The notes under the pieces are model-generated. The model saw nothing but the letters and a program-made list of their open reading frames with translations, was not told the origin of the DNA and searched no databases. From an uncultured Actinomycetes bacterium (GTDB lineage: Bacteria; Actinomycetota; UBA4738; HRBIN12), in NCBI GenBank assembly GCA_963704885.1, contig CAVPIB010000001.1, positions 928,001-992,000 of the forward strand: a DNA stretch of 64,000 bases. Direction: 5' to 3'. The translations under genes were made by a program, and so were the position numbers. Shown here piece after piece: positions 37,239 to 47,072 of the stretch (within the stretch, counting starts at the first letter, position 1; every line of letters starts with the position of its first letter).

Positions 37239-37381
37239 GTCTTGATACCTACCCTCGCTCGGCGGTGCGCAAGCTTACCGGCCCAAGCTCGCGTTGCGTC
37301 CTCGACCCTGGCTCCTTATGCTCTTGCCGCCTTCCCCGCAGGTTCGTCGGCGCGCGCCGCCGGCGCGGAAAGGGGGAGGCG

Positions 37382-38797
37382 ATGGCCACCACCGACCAGG
37401 ACCGGCTGATCCACGTGGGCGAACCGGGGGACAGCGGCATAGATCGGTTCTTCCACATCACGGAGCGCGGTTCGACGCCGCGCGCGGAGATCGTGGCCGG
37501 GTTCGCCACCTGGCTGACCATGGCCTACATCCTGTTCGTGAACCCGGCCATCCTCGGCGCGGTCACGGACAGCGCGGGAACCACGCTCGCGTTCCCACAG
37601 GTGCTGACCGTCACGGCACTCGCCGCTGGTGTGATGACCCTCGCCATGGGCCTGTACGGGAAGTATCCGTTCGCGATCGCGGCGGGTCTGGGGCTGAACG
37701 CGTTCGTCGCGTTCACGCTGGTCGGGACGCTGGGGCTCACGTGGCCGCAGGCCATGGGTGTCATCGTGGCCGAGGGCGCCATCATCGCGATCCTGGTGCT
37801 CACCGGCTTCCGTGAGGCAGTGATGAACGCCATCCCCATGGACCTGAAACGGTCGATCGGGATCGGGATCGGACTGTTCCTGGCCATCATCGGCCTGGTC
37901 AACGGCGGAATCGTCGTCGACAGCCCCGCCACGCTGATCACCTTGAACCCCAACCTGTCGAACCTGCACGTGCTGACGTTCGTGGTGGGCCTGGCGATCA
38001 CGTCGGCCTTGGTCGCCCGGAAGATGAAGGGCGCGCTCCTGATCGGCATCCTCTCGACCACGGTCTTCGCGATCGTGCTGAACCAGGGCTTCGGCGACTC
38101 GGCGATCTGGCAGAACGGCATCGCAAAGATCCCCTCGAAGATCGTCGAGACCCCGGACTTCTCGCTGCTCGGCAACGTCAGCTTCAGCTTCTTCGACGTG
38201 CTGGGGCTGGCGACGACCGCGGCCGTCATCCTCGCCGTCATGTTGTCGGACTTCTTCGACACCATGGGAACGGTGGTCGGCCTGGCCGACGAGGCCGGGA
38301 TGCTGGACGACGAGGGCAAGCTCCCCGGGATGAAGCGGGTGCTGTTCGTGGACTCGGTCGGTGCGGTGGCCGGTGGGCTCAGTTCTTCCTCCTCCAACAC
38401 CACCTACATCGAAAGCGCCGCGGGCATCAGCGAGGGCGGCCGGACCGGTCTGACGTCGGTGGTGGTCGGTGCGCTCTTCCTGTTGGCGATCTTCTTCTCC
38501 CCGATCGCGGGAGTTATCCCTCCGGAGGCGACCGCTCCGGTGCTCGTCATCGTGGGGTACTTCATGATGCAGATGGTGGGCGAGATCAACTGGCGTGATC
38601 CCGCGATCGGCATCCCTGCGCTCCTCACGATCGTGATGATGCCGTTCACGTACTCCATCACGAACGGCGTCGGCGCCGGGTTCCTGGCCTACGTCGTGAT
38701 CAAGGTCCTGCAGGGCAAGTTCCGCGAGGTCCATCCGCTGCTCTACCTCGTGAGCGCGGTCTTCGCCTGGTACTTCTTCCACGGGTTGCTCGCTTAG
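37382..38797 (+). CDS. NCS2/AzgA-family guanine/hypoxanthine permease
   Basis: TMAYILFVNP, GLGLNAF, DFFDTMGT, YIESAAGISEGGRTGLT, MPFTYSITNG. Confidence 0.93.
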   Translation: MATTDQDRLIHVGEPGDSGIDRFFHITERGSTPRAEIVAGFATWLTMAYILFVNPAILGAVTDSAGTTLAFPQVLTVTALAAGVMTLAMGLYGKYPFAIAAGLGLNAFVAFTLVGTLGLTWPQAMGVIVAEGAIIAILVLTGFREAVMNAIPMDLKRSIGIGIGLFLAIIGLVNGGIVVDSPATLITLNPNLSNLHVLTFVVGLAITSALVARKMKGALLIGILSTTVFAIVLNQGFGDSAIWQNGIAKIPSKIVETPDFSLLGNVSFSFFDVLGLATTAAVILAVMLSDFFDTMGTVVGLADEAGMLDDEGKLPGMKRVLFVDSVGAVAGGLSSSSSNTTYIESAAGISEGGRTGLTSVVVGALFLLAIFFSPIAGVIPPEATAPVLVIVGYFMMQMVGEINWRDPAIGIPALLTIVMMPFTYSITNGVGAGFLAYVVIKVLQGKFREVHPLLYLVSAVFAWYFFHGLLA

Positions 38798-38818
38798 GCA
38801 GGAGCCGAGGCAGGACCT

Positions 38819-38846
38819 GAGGGCGGGGCGCAGGCGCCCCGCCCTC
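38819..38846. terminator. Bidirectional hairpin between permease and cofE
   Basis: GAGGGCGGGGCGC-AG-GCGCCCCGCCCTC. Confidence 0.7.
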
Positions 38847-38853
38847 GTTCGTG

Positions 38854-39567
38854 TCACGGCTCGATCGTGCCCGTTCGGAACAGATCCTCACCGGCGGAGC
38901 GGACCAGGTCGCGGGCTCGACCCGGAGGCGCTTCCCCTCGATCCACTCCCCGGAGCAAGGCGGCGGGAACGCCCGCGGACTTGCCCATAACCAAGCCGCT
39001 CGCCGCCGCGACCTCGTCCGCGAGCGCCACCACGGTCACCTCCAGCTCGCGCCCGAGCCGATCCACGTCACCGCGGAGATCCATGATCGCCGGCATCCCC
39101 GCGCACCCGATCGCCACGTTGACCAAGCCGTTGCGCCACGGCCGGCCGAACGTGTCCGTCACCACTACGCCGAGGCCCTTGACCCCCAGCCGAGCCTCGA
39201 GCGCGGAACGGATAGCCTCCGCGGAGGCGTCGGGATCTTCGGGCAGGAGCGACACGAACCCGTCCTCTACGTTCGAGGCGTCCACGCCGGCGTTGGCACA
39301 GATGAAGCCGTGCCGTGTCTCGGCGATCAAGAGGTCCCCGCGTCGCGCCACCACGCGGACGGTCTCGCGCTCGACCCACGCCGCCCGGCCGATGCCCTCG
39401 TCCGACACCACCCGGCCTTCGGCCTTCGATACGACCTTCTGGGTCACGGCCAGGACATCGCCCCTACGAGCGCCCAGCGTTCGCAACGGCTCGGCGAGCA
39501 TCGAAGCCAGGTCGTCCCCTGCGGCGATCTCGGGAAGGCCCTCGACGGGCCAGATCTGGATCGTCAC
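38854..39567 (-). CDS. cofE: Coenzyme F420-0:L-glutamate ligase
   Basis: [51 protein letters not shown]; no C-terminal nitroreductase domain. Confidence 0.95.
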   Translation of the reverse strand: MTIQIWPVEGLPEIAAGDDLASMLAEPLRTLGARRGDVLAVTQKVVSKAEGRVVSDEGIGRAAWVERETVRVVARRGDLLIAETRHGFICANAGVDASNVEDGFVSLLPEDPDASAEAIRSALEARLGVKGLGVVVTDTFGRPWRNGLVNVAIGCAGMPAIMDLRGDVDRLGRELEVTVVALADEVAAASGLVMGKSAGVPAALLRGVDRGEAPPGRARDLVRSAGEDLFRTGTIEP

Positions 39568-40514
39568 GACGCCAGCTCGATGCACGCGCGGGCGACCGCG
39601 GCCGCCACGCTATCGTCGCGCATCACGGTGTCGACAGCCGCCACCCGGACTCCGACCTCGTCTCGGATCCTCCCTGCGAGTCCTCGATCGCGCTCGTCGA
39701 TCACCCAACCGCTCAACAGATCCGAGTAGGCCTTGGCGGCTCCGATCGACGAGACCTCCATACCGGCGACCGGCATCAGCTTGTCGGCCATCCCGGCGAG
39801 CGGCGCTCCGCCGACGATCGGGGAGACGCCCACGACGGGGCCCATCCGAGCTGCGACCGCTTGACGCAACCCCGGCAGAGCTAGGATCGGTCCGATCGAG
39901 ACCACTGGGTTCGACGGACAGATCAGGAGGACGTCGCTCCGGCTGATCGCATCCAGGATCCCGGGCGCCGGACGAGCTTGCTCGATGCCCACCAAACGGA
40001 CCGCCTTCACGTGATCGGCGGCGTGGCGCTTCACCCAGTACTCCTGGAAGTGGAGGTCCAGGGCCTCACCACGTCCGTCGACGGCATCGATGCGGGTGGT
40101 AACCGGGTCGTCGGTCATGGGACGGACATCGACCTCTAGGCCGAAGAGCTCCGAGCGGATCGACACGGTGGCTTGCGACAAGGTCCTGCCTTCCCGCAGG
40201 AGTCGGGTGCGGAGGATATGTGTAGCGAGGTCGCGGTCGCCCAGGTTGAACCACGCGTCCACCGCGCCCGTTGCGCGCATCGCCTCCATCGCGTGGAACG
40301 TTTCGCCGGCACGACCCCAGCCGCGCTCGCGGTCCATGAGGTCCGCCAACCAGTAGCAGACCGAGTCGACGTCCGGTGAGACGTGCAATCCGTGGACGAC
40401 GATGTCGTCGCCGGTGTTGACCACGACCATCGCCGTCTGGCCGGGGAACGCGAGCTGGACGCCACGGAGGAACTTCCCCGCCCCGATCCCACCAGCCAGC
40501 GCGACGATCTCCAT
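39564..40514 (-). CDS. cofD: 2-phospho-L-lactate transferase
   Basis: [53 protein letters not shown]. Confidence 0.95.
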   Translation of the reverse strand: MEIVALAGGIGAGKFLRGVQLAFPGQTAMVVVNTGDDIVVHGLHVSPDVDSVCYWLADLMDRERGWGRAGETFHAMEAMRATGAVDAWFNLGDRDLATHILRTRLLREGRTLSQATVSIRSELFGLEVDVRPMTDDPVTTRIDAVDGRGEALDLHFQEYWVKRHAADHVKAVRLVGIEQARPAPGILDAISRSDVLLICPSNPVVSIGPILALPGLRQAVAARMGPVVGVSPIVGGAPLAGMADKLMPVAGMEVSSIGAAKAYSDLLSGWVIDERDRGLAGRIRDEVGVRVAAVDTVMRDDSVAAAVARACIELAS

Positions 40515-40542
40515 GTCCCGATAGCGTAGTAGTCTCGCCGAG

Positions 40543-43029
40543 ATGCCTGAGGCGACCCCGCAGTCCCTCCGTCGGGCGCTCGCCCGCGCCGGTTCGGGCA
40601 AGGCCATCTCTCTCCCCGAGGCCGAGGTTCTGCTTCACGCGCGCGGCGATGGTTTGCAGCAACTCATGAGGGTCTCGTCCGGGCTGCGCCAGGTCGGGCA
40701 CGCTCGAACGATCACGTACTCGCGCAAGGTGTTCGTGCCGCTGACGATGCTCTGCCGCGATCACTGTCACTACTGCACGTTCGCGAAACCTCCGGCCAAG
40801 CTCGATCGCCCATTCCTGTCACCAGACGAGGTCGTGGCGATCGCCGAGGCCGGTCGGAGGATGGGCTGCAAGGAAGCGCTCTTCACGCTCGGCGATCGCC
40901 CCGAGGAGCGGTACCCCGTCGCGCGCGAATGGCTCGCGGAGCGCGGATACGCGAGCACGCTCGAGTACCTGCGAGCCGTGGCCATCCAGGTTATCGAGGC
41001 CACCGGCCTGCTCCCGCACCTGAACCCGGGCGTGATGTCGTACGAGGAACTCGCCCGGCTGAAGCAGGTGAGCGCGTCCATGGGTCTCATGCTCGAGTCC
41101 TCTTCCGACAGACTGACAGAGCGCGGCGGTCCGCACTTCGGCTCGCCGGACAAGATGCCGGCCGTGCGTCTGCGAACGATCGAGGATGCAGGCCGCTTGG
41201 CGATCCCCTTCACCACGGGGATCCTCGTGGGCATCGGCGAGACGCATCGCGAGCGCGCCGAATCGCTCTTCGCGATCAGCGGCCTTCATCGACGCTACCG
41301 CCACGTACAGGAGATCATCGTCCAGAACTTCCGCGCCAAGCCGGGTACGGCGATGCAGCACGCCGCAGAGCCGGTGGATGAGGAGTTCCTGGCCGCTGTC
41401 GCGACCGCCCGCGTGATCTTCGGGCCATACATGAGTGTGCAGGCGCCCCCGAACCTGTCGGACCCCGACCAGCAGCTTCGGCTACTGGACGCCGGGATCA
41501 ACGATTGGGGAGGTGTCTCGCCGCTCACGCCCGACCACGTGAACCCCGAGAAGCCGTGGCCGACCTTGGAAGCGCTCTCCGCCACGACCGCCTCGCGCGA
41601 CCTCACCCTTCGCGAACGTCTCACGATCTACCCGCGGTTCGCCGCCAGCCCTGACCCGTACTTGACCTCTAAGATGCGGGCGCCCGTGAACGCTCTGCTC
41701 GGACCGGAGGGCCTGGCCGTCGAAGGTCAGGTCCCCGAGCCGACCCCATGGCAGGACCCCGATGTCCGATGGAAGCCGCGCGGGATCTCGCTCATGTTCG
41801 CGAAGGCGGCCGATGCGGGCCTGCGGGAGGACGCGCTCGCCGTCTACGGGGACTTCGACGCCCTCCCCGTGACGCGCGCGTGGGGCTCGCATGAGGTACA
41901 GCCGGAAAGGCTGGATGCGGAGATCAAGCGAGCACTTGCCAAAGCGCAGGATCACCGGGCGATCACGGACGACGATGCCCTCGCGCTCTTCCGCGCCGAA
42001 GGCCCGGCTCTGGACGCACTCTGCCGGGTCGCAGACGACCTGCGGGCCGAGGCGGTGGGCGACGACGTCACCTACGTCATCAACAGGAACATCAATTTCA
42101 CGAACGTCTGCTACGTGGGGTGTCGTTTCTGCGCGTTCGCGCAGCGAGAGATCGACGCCGAGTCCTACACGCTCACGCTGACCGAGGTGGCCGATCGCGC
42201 CGAAGAGGCGTGGGCCTGCGGTGCGAGCGAGGTGTGCATGCAAGGAGGGATCCACCCGGACCTGCCGGGTACCTTCTACATGGACCTATTGGATGCCGTG
42301 AAGGCTCGCACCCCAGACATGCACATCCATGCCTTCAGCCCCATGGAGATCTTGAACGGTGCGACGCACCTGGGGATATCGTTCAGAGAGTTCCTGCAGG
42401 GGTGTCGCGATCACGGACTGGGGACGATCCCCGGCACGGCCGCCGAGATCTTGGATGACGACGTTCGCTGGCTCTTGACGAAAGGGAAGCTCCCCGCGGA
42501 TACATGGGAGGAGATCGTCCGCACCGCACATGATCTGGGGATCCGAAGTAGTTCGACCATCATGTTCGGCCATGTCGACGCCCCTCCCCACTGGGTAGCT
42601 CATATCAGGCGGATCGGGAGGATCCAGGCCGACACCGGGGGGTTCACCGAGTTCGTCCCGCTGCCGTTCGTGCATCAGAACGCGCCGATCTACCTCGCCG
42701 GGAAGGCTCGCCCGGGTGCCACCTTCGAGGAGAACCTACGGATGCACGCACTGGCCCGCATCCTTCTCGATGGGCTCATCCCCAACATCCAGGTGTCGTG
42801 GGTCAAGCTCGGCATCGACGCCTGCCAAGCCATCTTGCGATCGGGCGCGAACGACTTCGGTGGAACGCTCATGGAAGAGACGATCAGTCGCATGGCAGGC
42901 GCCGATCATGGGATCGCCATGATGCCGGATCAGTTCGACCGAGCGATCCGCGACATCGGGCGGGTGCCGGCGGTGCGGACGACTACCTACGATCGTGTCG
43001 TTCCTGCCGATAGTAGTCAATCAGCTTGA
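40543..43029 (+). CDS. fbiC: Bifunctional FO synthase (CofG+CofH)
   Basis: Two radical-SAM motifs CRDHCHYC and CYVGCRFC; TYSRKVFVPLT, NRNINFTN, PGTAAEIL, GANDFGGTLMEE. Confidence 0.96.
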   Translation: MPEATPQSLRRALARAGSGKAISLPEAEVLLHARGDGLQQLMRVSSGLRQVGHARTITYSRKVFVPLTMLCRDHCHYCTFAKPPAKLDRPFLSPDEVVAIAEAGRRMGCKEALFTLGDRPEERYPVAREWLAERGYASTLEYLRAVAIQVIEATGLLPHLNPGVMSYEELARLKQVSASMGLMLESSSDRLTERGGPHFGSPDKMPAVRLRTIEDAGRLAIPFTTGILVGIGETHRERAESLFAISGLHRRYRHVQEIIVQNFRAKPGTAMQHAAEPVDEEFLAAVATARVIFGPYMSVQAPPNLSDPDQQLRLLDAGINDWGGVSPLTPDHVNPEKPWPTLEALSATTASRDLTLRERLTIYPRFAASPDPYLTSKMRAPVNALLGPEGLAVEGQVPEPTPWQDPDVRWKPRGISLMFAKAADAGLREDALAVYGDFDALPVTRAWGSHEVQPERLDAEIKRALAKAQDHRAITDDDALALFRAEGPALDALCRVADDLRAEAVGDDVTYVINRNINFTNVCYVGCRFCAFAQREIDAESYTLTLTEVADRAEEAWACGASEVCMQGGIHPDLPGTFYMDLLDAVKARTPDMHIHAFSPMEILNGATHLGISFREFLQGCRDHGLGTIPGTAAEILDDDVRWLLTKGKLPADTWEEIVRTAHDLGIRSSSTIMFGHVDAPPHWVAHIRRIGRIQADTGGFTEFVPLPFVHQNAPIYLAGKARPGATFEENLRMHALARILLDGLIPNIQVSWVKLGIDACQAILRSGANDFGGTLMEETISRMAGADHGIAMMPDQFDRAIRDIGRVPAVRTTTYDRVVPADSSQSA

Positions 43030-43052
43030 CCAGAGTGGTCAAGCTGATTGAC
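43016..43052. repeat. Perfect 17-bp inverted repeat spanning the fbiC stop
   Basis: GTCAATCAGCTTGACCA-GAG-TGGTCAAGCTGATTGAC. Confidence 0.85.
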
Positions 43053-43160
43053 GTTCGTATTTCTCGACGGAGGCACTTGCACCGGGCCCTTCGTCCGGAC
43101 ACGATGGGTTCTGACAAGGAATGAGGGATGTGAGGCAGGGAACTTTCTTGGGATTTCCTC

Positions 43161-43205
43161 TTGTCACCGAGGACGTTCTTCCCTCAGAATCACATGGATG
43201 TGATT
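43161..43205 (+). promoter_or_regulatory. whiB promoter with overlapping palindromic operator (McdR/BldO-like)
   Basis: TTGTCA-18-CAGAAT; AATCACATGGATGTGATT at 43188-43205. Confidence 0.7.
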
Positions 43206-43221
43206 TCGGGGGGAGACGAGC

Positions 43222-43449
43222 GTGCATCACTACATCCCTTGGCAAGAACGAGCGCGGTGTCGCGAATATGACCCTGAGGTCTTCTTCCCCGAGAAGGGAG
43301 GCTCATCGAGGGAGGCCAAGCGGATCTGCAGTGAGTGCCCCGTTCGGATCGAATGCCTCAACTACGCGCTCCGCCGCGACGAGCGTTACGGCGTCTGGGG
43401 CGGCATGAGCGAACGGGAGCGTCGACGTCTGAAGCGCATGGCGTCGTAG
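43222..43449 (+). CDS. whiB: WhiB-family Fe-S transcription regulator (WhiB/WhiB2 type)
   Basis: WQERARC..DPEVFFPEKGGSSREAKRICSECPVR..CL..ERYGVWGGMSERERRRL. Confidence 0.95.
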   Translation: MHHYIPWQERARCREYDPEVFFPEKGGSSREAKRICSECPVRIECLNYALRRDERYGVWGGMSERERRRLKRMAS

Positions 43450-43480
43450 AACCACCTCAGGAACGGTGAAAGGGGGCAGC

Positions 43481-43888
43481 ATGGCAGTCGCCAGGAAGAC
43501 CGCGGCACGCAAGAAGACCGCGGCTCGAAAGCCCGCCAGGAAGAAGACGGCAGCTCGCAAGCCTGCGGCACGTAAGAAGACCGCGGCGAGGAAGCCGGCA
43601 GCACGTAGGAAGACGGCAGCGCGCAAGCCCGCCGCTCGCAAGAAGACCGCAGCGAGGAAGCCGGCTCGCAAGAAGACGGCAGCTCGCAAGCCTGCGGCAC
43701 GTAAGAAGACGGCAGCTCGCAAGCCCGCCGCTCGCAAGAAGACGGCAGCGAGGAAGCCGGCTCGCAAGAAGACGGCAGCTCGCAAGCCTGCGGCACGTAA
43801 GAAGACGGCAGCTCGCAAGCCCGCCGCTCGCAAGAAGACGGCAGCGAGGAAGCCGGCTCGCAAGAAGACGGCAGCTCGCAAGCGCTGA
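43481..43888 (+). CDS. Histone H1-like (Hc2/AlgP-type) basic repeat protein
   Basis: 135 aa made of 13 KTAARK units with PAAR/PAR linkers; SD-like GGGGG before ATG; terminator follows. Confidence 0.85.
   Translation: MAVARKTAARKKTAARKPARKKTAARKPAARKKTAARKPAARRKTAARKPAARKKTAARKPARKKTAARKPAARKKTAARKPAARKKTAARKPARKKTAARKPAARKKTAARKPAARKKTAARKPARKKTAARKR
43669..43882. repeat. Exact 96-bp tandem duplication within the H1-like gene
   Basis: Units start at 43669, 43765 and (partial) 43861. Confidence 0.85.
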
Positions 43889-43909
43889 GCGATCCGTGTA
43901 TCGGCGTTC

Positions 43910-43933
43910 GAAGGGGGGCTAGTGCCCCCCTTC
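43910..43933 (+). terminator. Intrinsic terminator after the H1-like gene
   Basis: GAAGGGGGGC-TAGT-GCCCCCCTTC followed by pyrimidine-rich CGCTTCTTCT. Confidence 0.7.
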
Positions 43934-43988
43934 CGCTTCTTCTGGCACGGCCCGTGCTAGGCTCCGCGCCGCGCAAGGTGCGCATCGC

Positions 43989-46900
43989 ATGACAGAACCC
44001 TCTACCGACTCCGCCTCTCTGCGCGCGCCCTCCGTCCTGGTGATCCTCGTCGTTCGGGAGGCGGCGGCATGGCTCCGCGGGTGCCTCGCTGCCCTGGGGG
44101 CTCAGACCTATCCGAGGGTCGGCGTGCTCGCCGTCGACAACGCCTCGAGCGATGGTTCGGCGCAGATGCTCGCTCAGGCCTTGGGTGAACGTCGCGTCAT
44201 CGCCTCGAAGGAGGATCGGGGCCTGGCGGGATCCGTGCGGGCCGCGCTCGAGCTCCCGGTCGCACAGGAGGCGGACTACCTCCTCGTGCTGCACGACGAC
44301 ATCGCCCTCGACCCCGACGCAGTCACGCGGCTGGTGGATGCGGCCACAGGGATGGGGGTCGACGATGTCGGTGTCGTCGGCCCGAAGGTGGTCGATTGGG
44401 AGGAGCCGCGACTGCTCCTCGACGTCGGCCGGTCCGCGGACCGGTTCGGGCATCCTTACACGCCCTTGCAGCCCGGGGAGATCGACCAGGGCCAGTTCGA
44501 TCGAGTCGTGGAAGTCCTGTGTGTGTCGACCGCGGCCATGCTCATCTCGCGCGAGGCATGGCAACGCGCTGGCCTCTTCGACGAGCGACTGGATGCGCGT
44601 CATGAGGATCTCGACTTCTGTTGGCGGGCGCGGCTCGCGGGCTTCCGGGTCCTCGTGACCCCGCTCGCTCGCGCGCGGCACCGCGACGCTTCGGTGCGTG
44701 GGGAGCGGCCCGCGGGGCATCGTCGGAGCGATCGCTACTACGAGGATCGAGCGGCGATCGCCGCCATGCTCAAGAACTACGGATTGCTGTCGCTCCTGTG
44801 GCTCCTGCCGCTGGATCTGGCGCTGGGGTTGGTTCGTCTGGTGTTCCTGGTCTTGTCGCGACGGTTCGACGGAGCCCTCGATCTTGTGTCGGCTTGGGGG
44901 TGGAACCTCGTTCATCTGCCCGGGACGCTTTCACGCCGGGTGCGGGCGCAATCGGTGCGCAAGGTCAGCGACCGTCAGCTCCGCCGATTCATGGGATCGG
45001 CAGGGCTCCGTCTGCCGCGATGGTTCGAGACGGCCGGACAGATCCTCGCGGAGCAGCAAGAGATCCAGGTGGAGGAAGAAGGGGCGTCGGCCGGCAGGCG
45101 GCTCCGCGACCGGACCGCATCGCTCGTAGGGTCGCACCCCGTCGTCGTGACGTGCTTCTTCGGGATCGTCGTGGCCGCCGTCGCGTTCCGTGGACTACTG
45201 GGTCCCGAGTCGCTACACGGGGGAGCGTTGCCGGCCTTCCCGGCATCCTGGGGCGGGTTCTTCGGTGAGTTGACCTCCGGGTACCGCACGACGCCGCTCG
45301 GCGGGTCGTTCGCTGCCAGCCCTGCGCTCGGAGCCCTAGGGACAACCTCGTGGTTCACCTTCGGTAGCACTGCCATCGCGCAGAAGCTGCTGCTCGCAGG
45401 AGGTCCGGTGCTGGCGTCCGTCATGTTGTATCGAGCGCTCGCCAGGCTGACCGGCCGACCCGGCGCAGCTGTGCTCGGCGCCGTGGCATACGCCTTGTCG
45501 GCGCTGGTGCTTTGGTCGTTCTCCGAGGGTCGGATCGATCTGCTGGTCGCCCTCGCGGTCGTCCCGGCGATCGCCGAGCGTTTGGAGGCGGCATCCGGGC
45601 GGGAGCCTCCATCCGACGGTCGGTGGCGATTCATCATCGGCCTGGGTGTGACCATCGCGGTGGGTGTGGCGTTCCTGCCGGGCGTGATGCTTGTGCTCGG
45701 AGTGCTCACCGTCGTGCAGGCGATGTTCGGCTCATCCCGACGCCGTGGGGTGGGGTTGACCCTCGCGAGCACCGCGGTCGCCGCTGCCCTGCTCCTCGTG
45801 TTCGTCGCCACGATCGTATCGGGGGACGGCGCGGCGATGGGCTCCCGTATCGGCACGACCGACCTCGGCGAGCTGTTGAGGCTTGCGCTCGGCGGCGGCC
45901 CCGGCACCTGGGTGATCGCTGCGTTCTTGCCGGTATCGGCCGTGTTGGCTCTGGCGCTCATCGGACCGCAGTTCCGAAGCGTCGGTTTCCGTGCAGCCTT
46001 CACCGCCACGGCGGGACTGGCGCTGGCGTGGTTCGCCTCGGCCGGCTACCTGCCTGGGTGGGCCGCGAACGCTGAGGCATACCTGGTCCTGGCCGCCGTG
46101 TCGGAGGCCTTCATCGTTGGCTTCGGGCTCGCTTCGGTCCTGGGAGGACTGGGCCGGGAATCGTTCGGGCTCCGTCAGGTCGGTACGGCGCTTCTCGCGA
46201 TCGTCCTGGGCGGAGGCCTTCTTCTGCAGTCCGCCGCGGCAATGGTAGGGGGGTGGTCGGTGGGTGGTCCCGAGGCGCTCCCGCCGGCGTGGGCTCTCAT
46301 CACGAGCAGCGCGAAGGGGGACTTTCGGGTCCTGTGGGTTGGCGGAGACACAGGACGGCGTTTCGTGGCGCCGGGCGGAGACCCGGTGGATGTGGCGACA
46401 GGCCGCACGACGTCTCTCCGTTATGGCCTCACGGATAGAACCGGCATCTCGGCGCTCGACGTCGGTCGGACCATCAGCGGGGGCGGCGCCGACTACCTGC
46501 GCTCCGCGGTCGACCAGATCCTGTCCGGGACGACGGTGCACGGCGGCGCGCTGCTGGCGCCGTTAGGCGTGCGCTTCGTGGTGGCCGGACGCGGGGACCT
46601 CCCCCAGGCAGCACAGGCCCTCCTGGACGCACAGGTCGATCTCGATCTGGTCGGAACGTCTGGGCTCACGATCTTCCGCAACGCCGCGCCATTGCCTCCG
46701 GCCGGCATCCTTCCCGCGACCGAGCAGTTGGCCCAAGCCGTTGGTTCGGAAGACCTCGGCCAGATCGCTCGGCTGCCCGGCGCTCGAGCTGTGCCATTGA
46801 CGCCGGTCGAGGGGGGCTGGGCGGGTGTTTCACCGATTGTGGGGCTCGCCGTCGTCTCCACGCAGTTCAGCTCCGAGTGGCGAGCCGAGATCCCCGGAGG

Positions 46901-47072
46901 CAACACCGTAGGCCCTCGAGAGTCCTTCGGGTGGGCGACGTCGTTCGACGTGCCGCAGGGCCCGGTCCGGATCCGCTTCATGGACCAATGGGCGCGCACG
47001 CTCGAGACGATCGCGCTGGGCCTTCTCTGGGCTGTTGCGCTGTGGGTGACCAGGAAGCCAGTGGCGCGATGA
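43989..47072 (+). CDS. Large GT2 glycosyltransferase fused to a polytopic membrane domain
   Basis: VDNASSDGS, LLVLHDD, GEIDQGQFD, EDLDFCWRA; many TM helices afterwards; paired with DUF5719. Confidence 0.88.
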   Translation: MTEPSTDSASLRAPSVLVILVVREAAAWLRGCLAALGAQTYPRVGVLAVDNASSDGSAQMLAQALGERRVIASKEDRGLAGSVRAALELPVAQEADYLLVLHDDIALDPDAVTRLVDAATGMGVDDVGVVGPKVVDWEEPRLLLDVGRSADRFGHPYTPLQPGEIDQGQFDRVVEVLCVSTAAMLISREAWQRAGLFDERLDARHEDLDFCWRARLAGFRVLVTPLARARHRDASVRGERPAGHRRSDRYYEDRAAIAAMLKNYGLLSLLWLLPLDLALGLVRLVFLVLSRRFDGALDLVSAWGWNLVHLPGTLSRRVRAQSVRKVSDRQLRRFMGSAGLRLPRWFETAGQILAEQQEIQVEEEGASAGRRLRDRTASLVGSHPVVVTCFFGIVVAAVAFRGLLGPESLHGGALPAFPASWGGFFGELTSGYRTTPLGGSFAASPALGALGTTSWFTFGSTAIAQKLLLAGGPVLASVMLYRALARLTGRPGAAVLGAVAYALSALVLWSFSEGRIDLLVALAVVPAIAERLEAASGREPPSDGRWRFIIGLGVTIAVGVAFLPGVMLVLGVLTVVQAMFGSSRRRGVGLTLASTAVAAALLLVFVATIVSGDGAAMGSRIGTTDLGELLRLALGGGPGTWVIAAFLPVSAVLALALIGPQFRSVGFRAAFTATAGLALAWFASAGYLPGWAANAEAYLVLAAVSEAFIVGFGLASVLGGLGRESFGLRQVGTALLAIVLGGGLLLQSAAAMVGGWSVGGPEALPPAWALITSSAKGDFRVLWVGGDTGRRFVAPGGDPVDVATGRTTSLRYGLTDRTGISALDVGRTISGGGADYLRSAVDQILSGTTVHGGALLAPLGVRFVVAGRGDLPQAAQALLDAQVDLDLVGTSGLTIFRNAAPLPPAGILPATEQLAQAVGSEDLGQIARLPGARAVPLTPVEGGWAGVSPIVGLAVVSTQFSSEWRAEIPGGNTVGPRESFGWATSFDVPQGPVRIRFMDQWARTLETIALGLLWAVALWVTRKPVAR

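Noticed and set aside
43303-43881. Minus-strand RAAVFL repeat protein
   Set aside because: Antisense reading of the H1-like gene; the plus strand has the SD, terminator and known composition.
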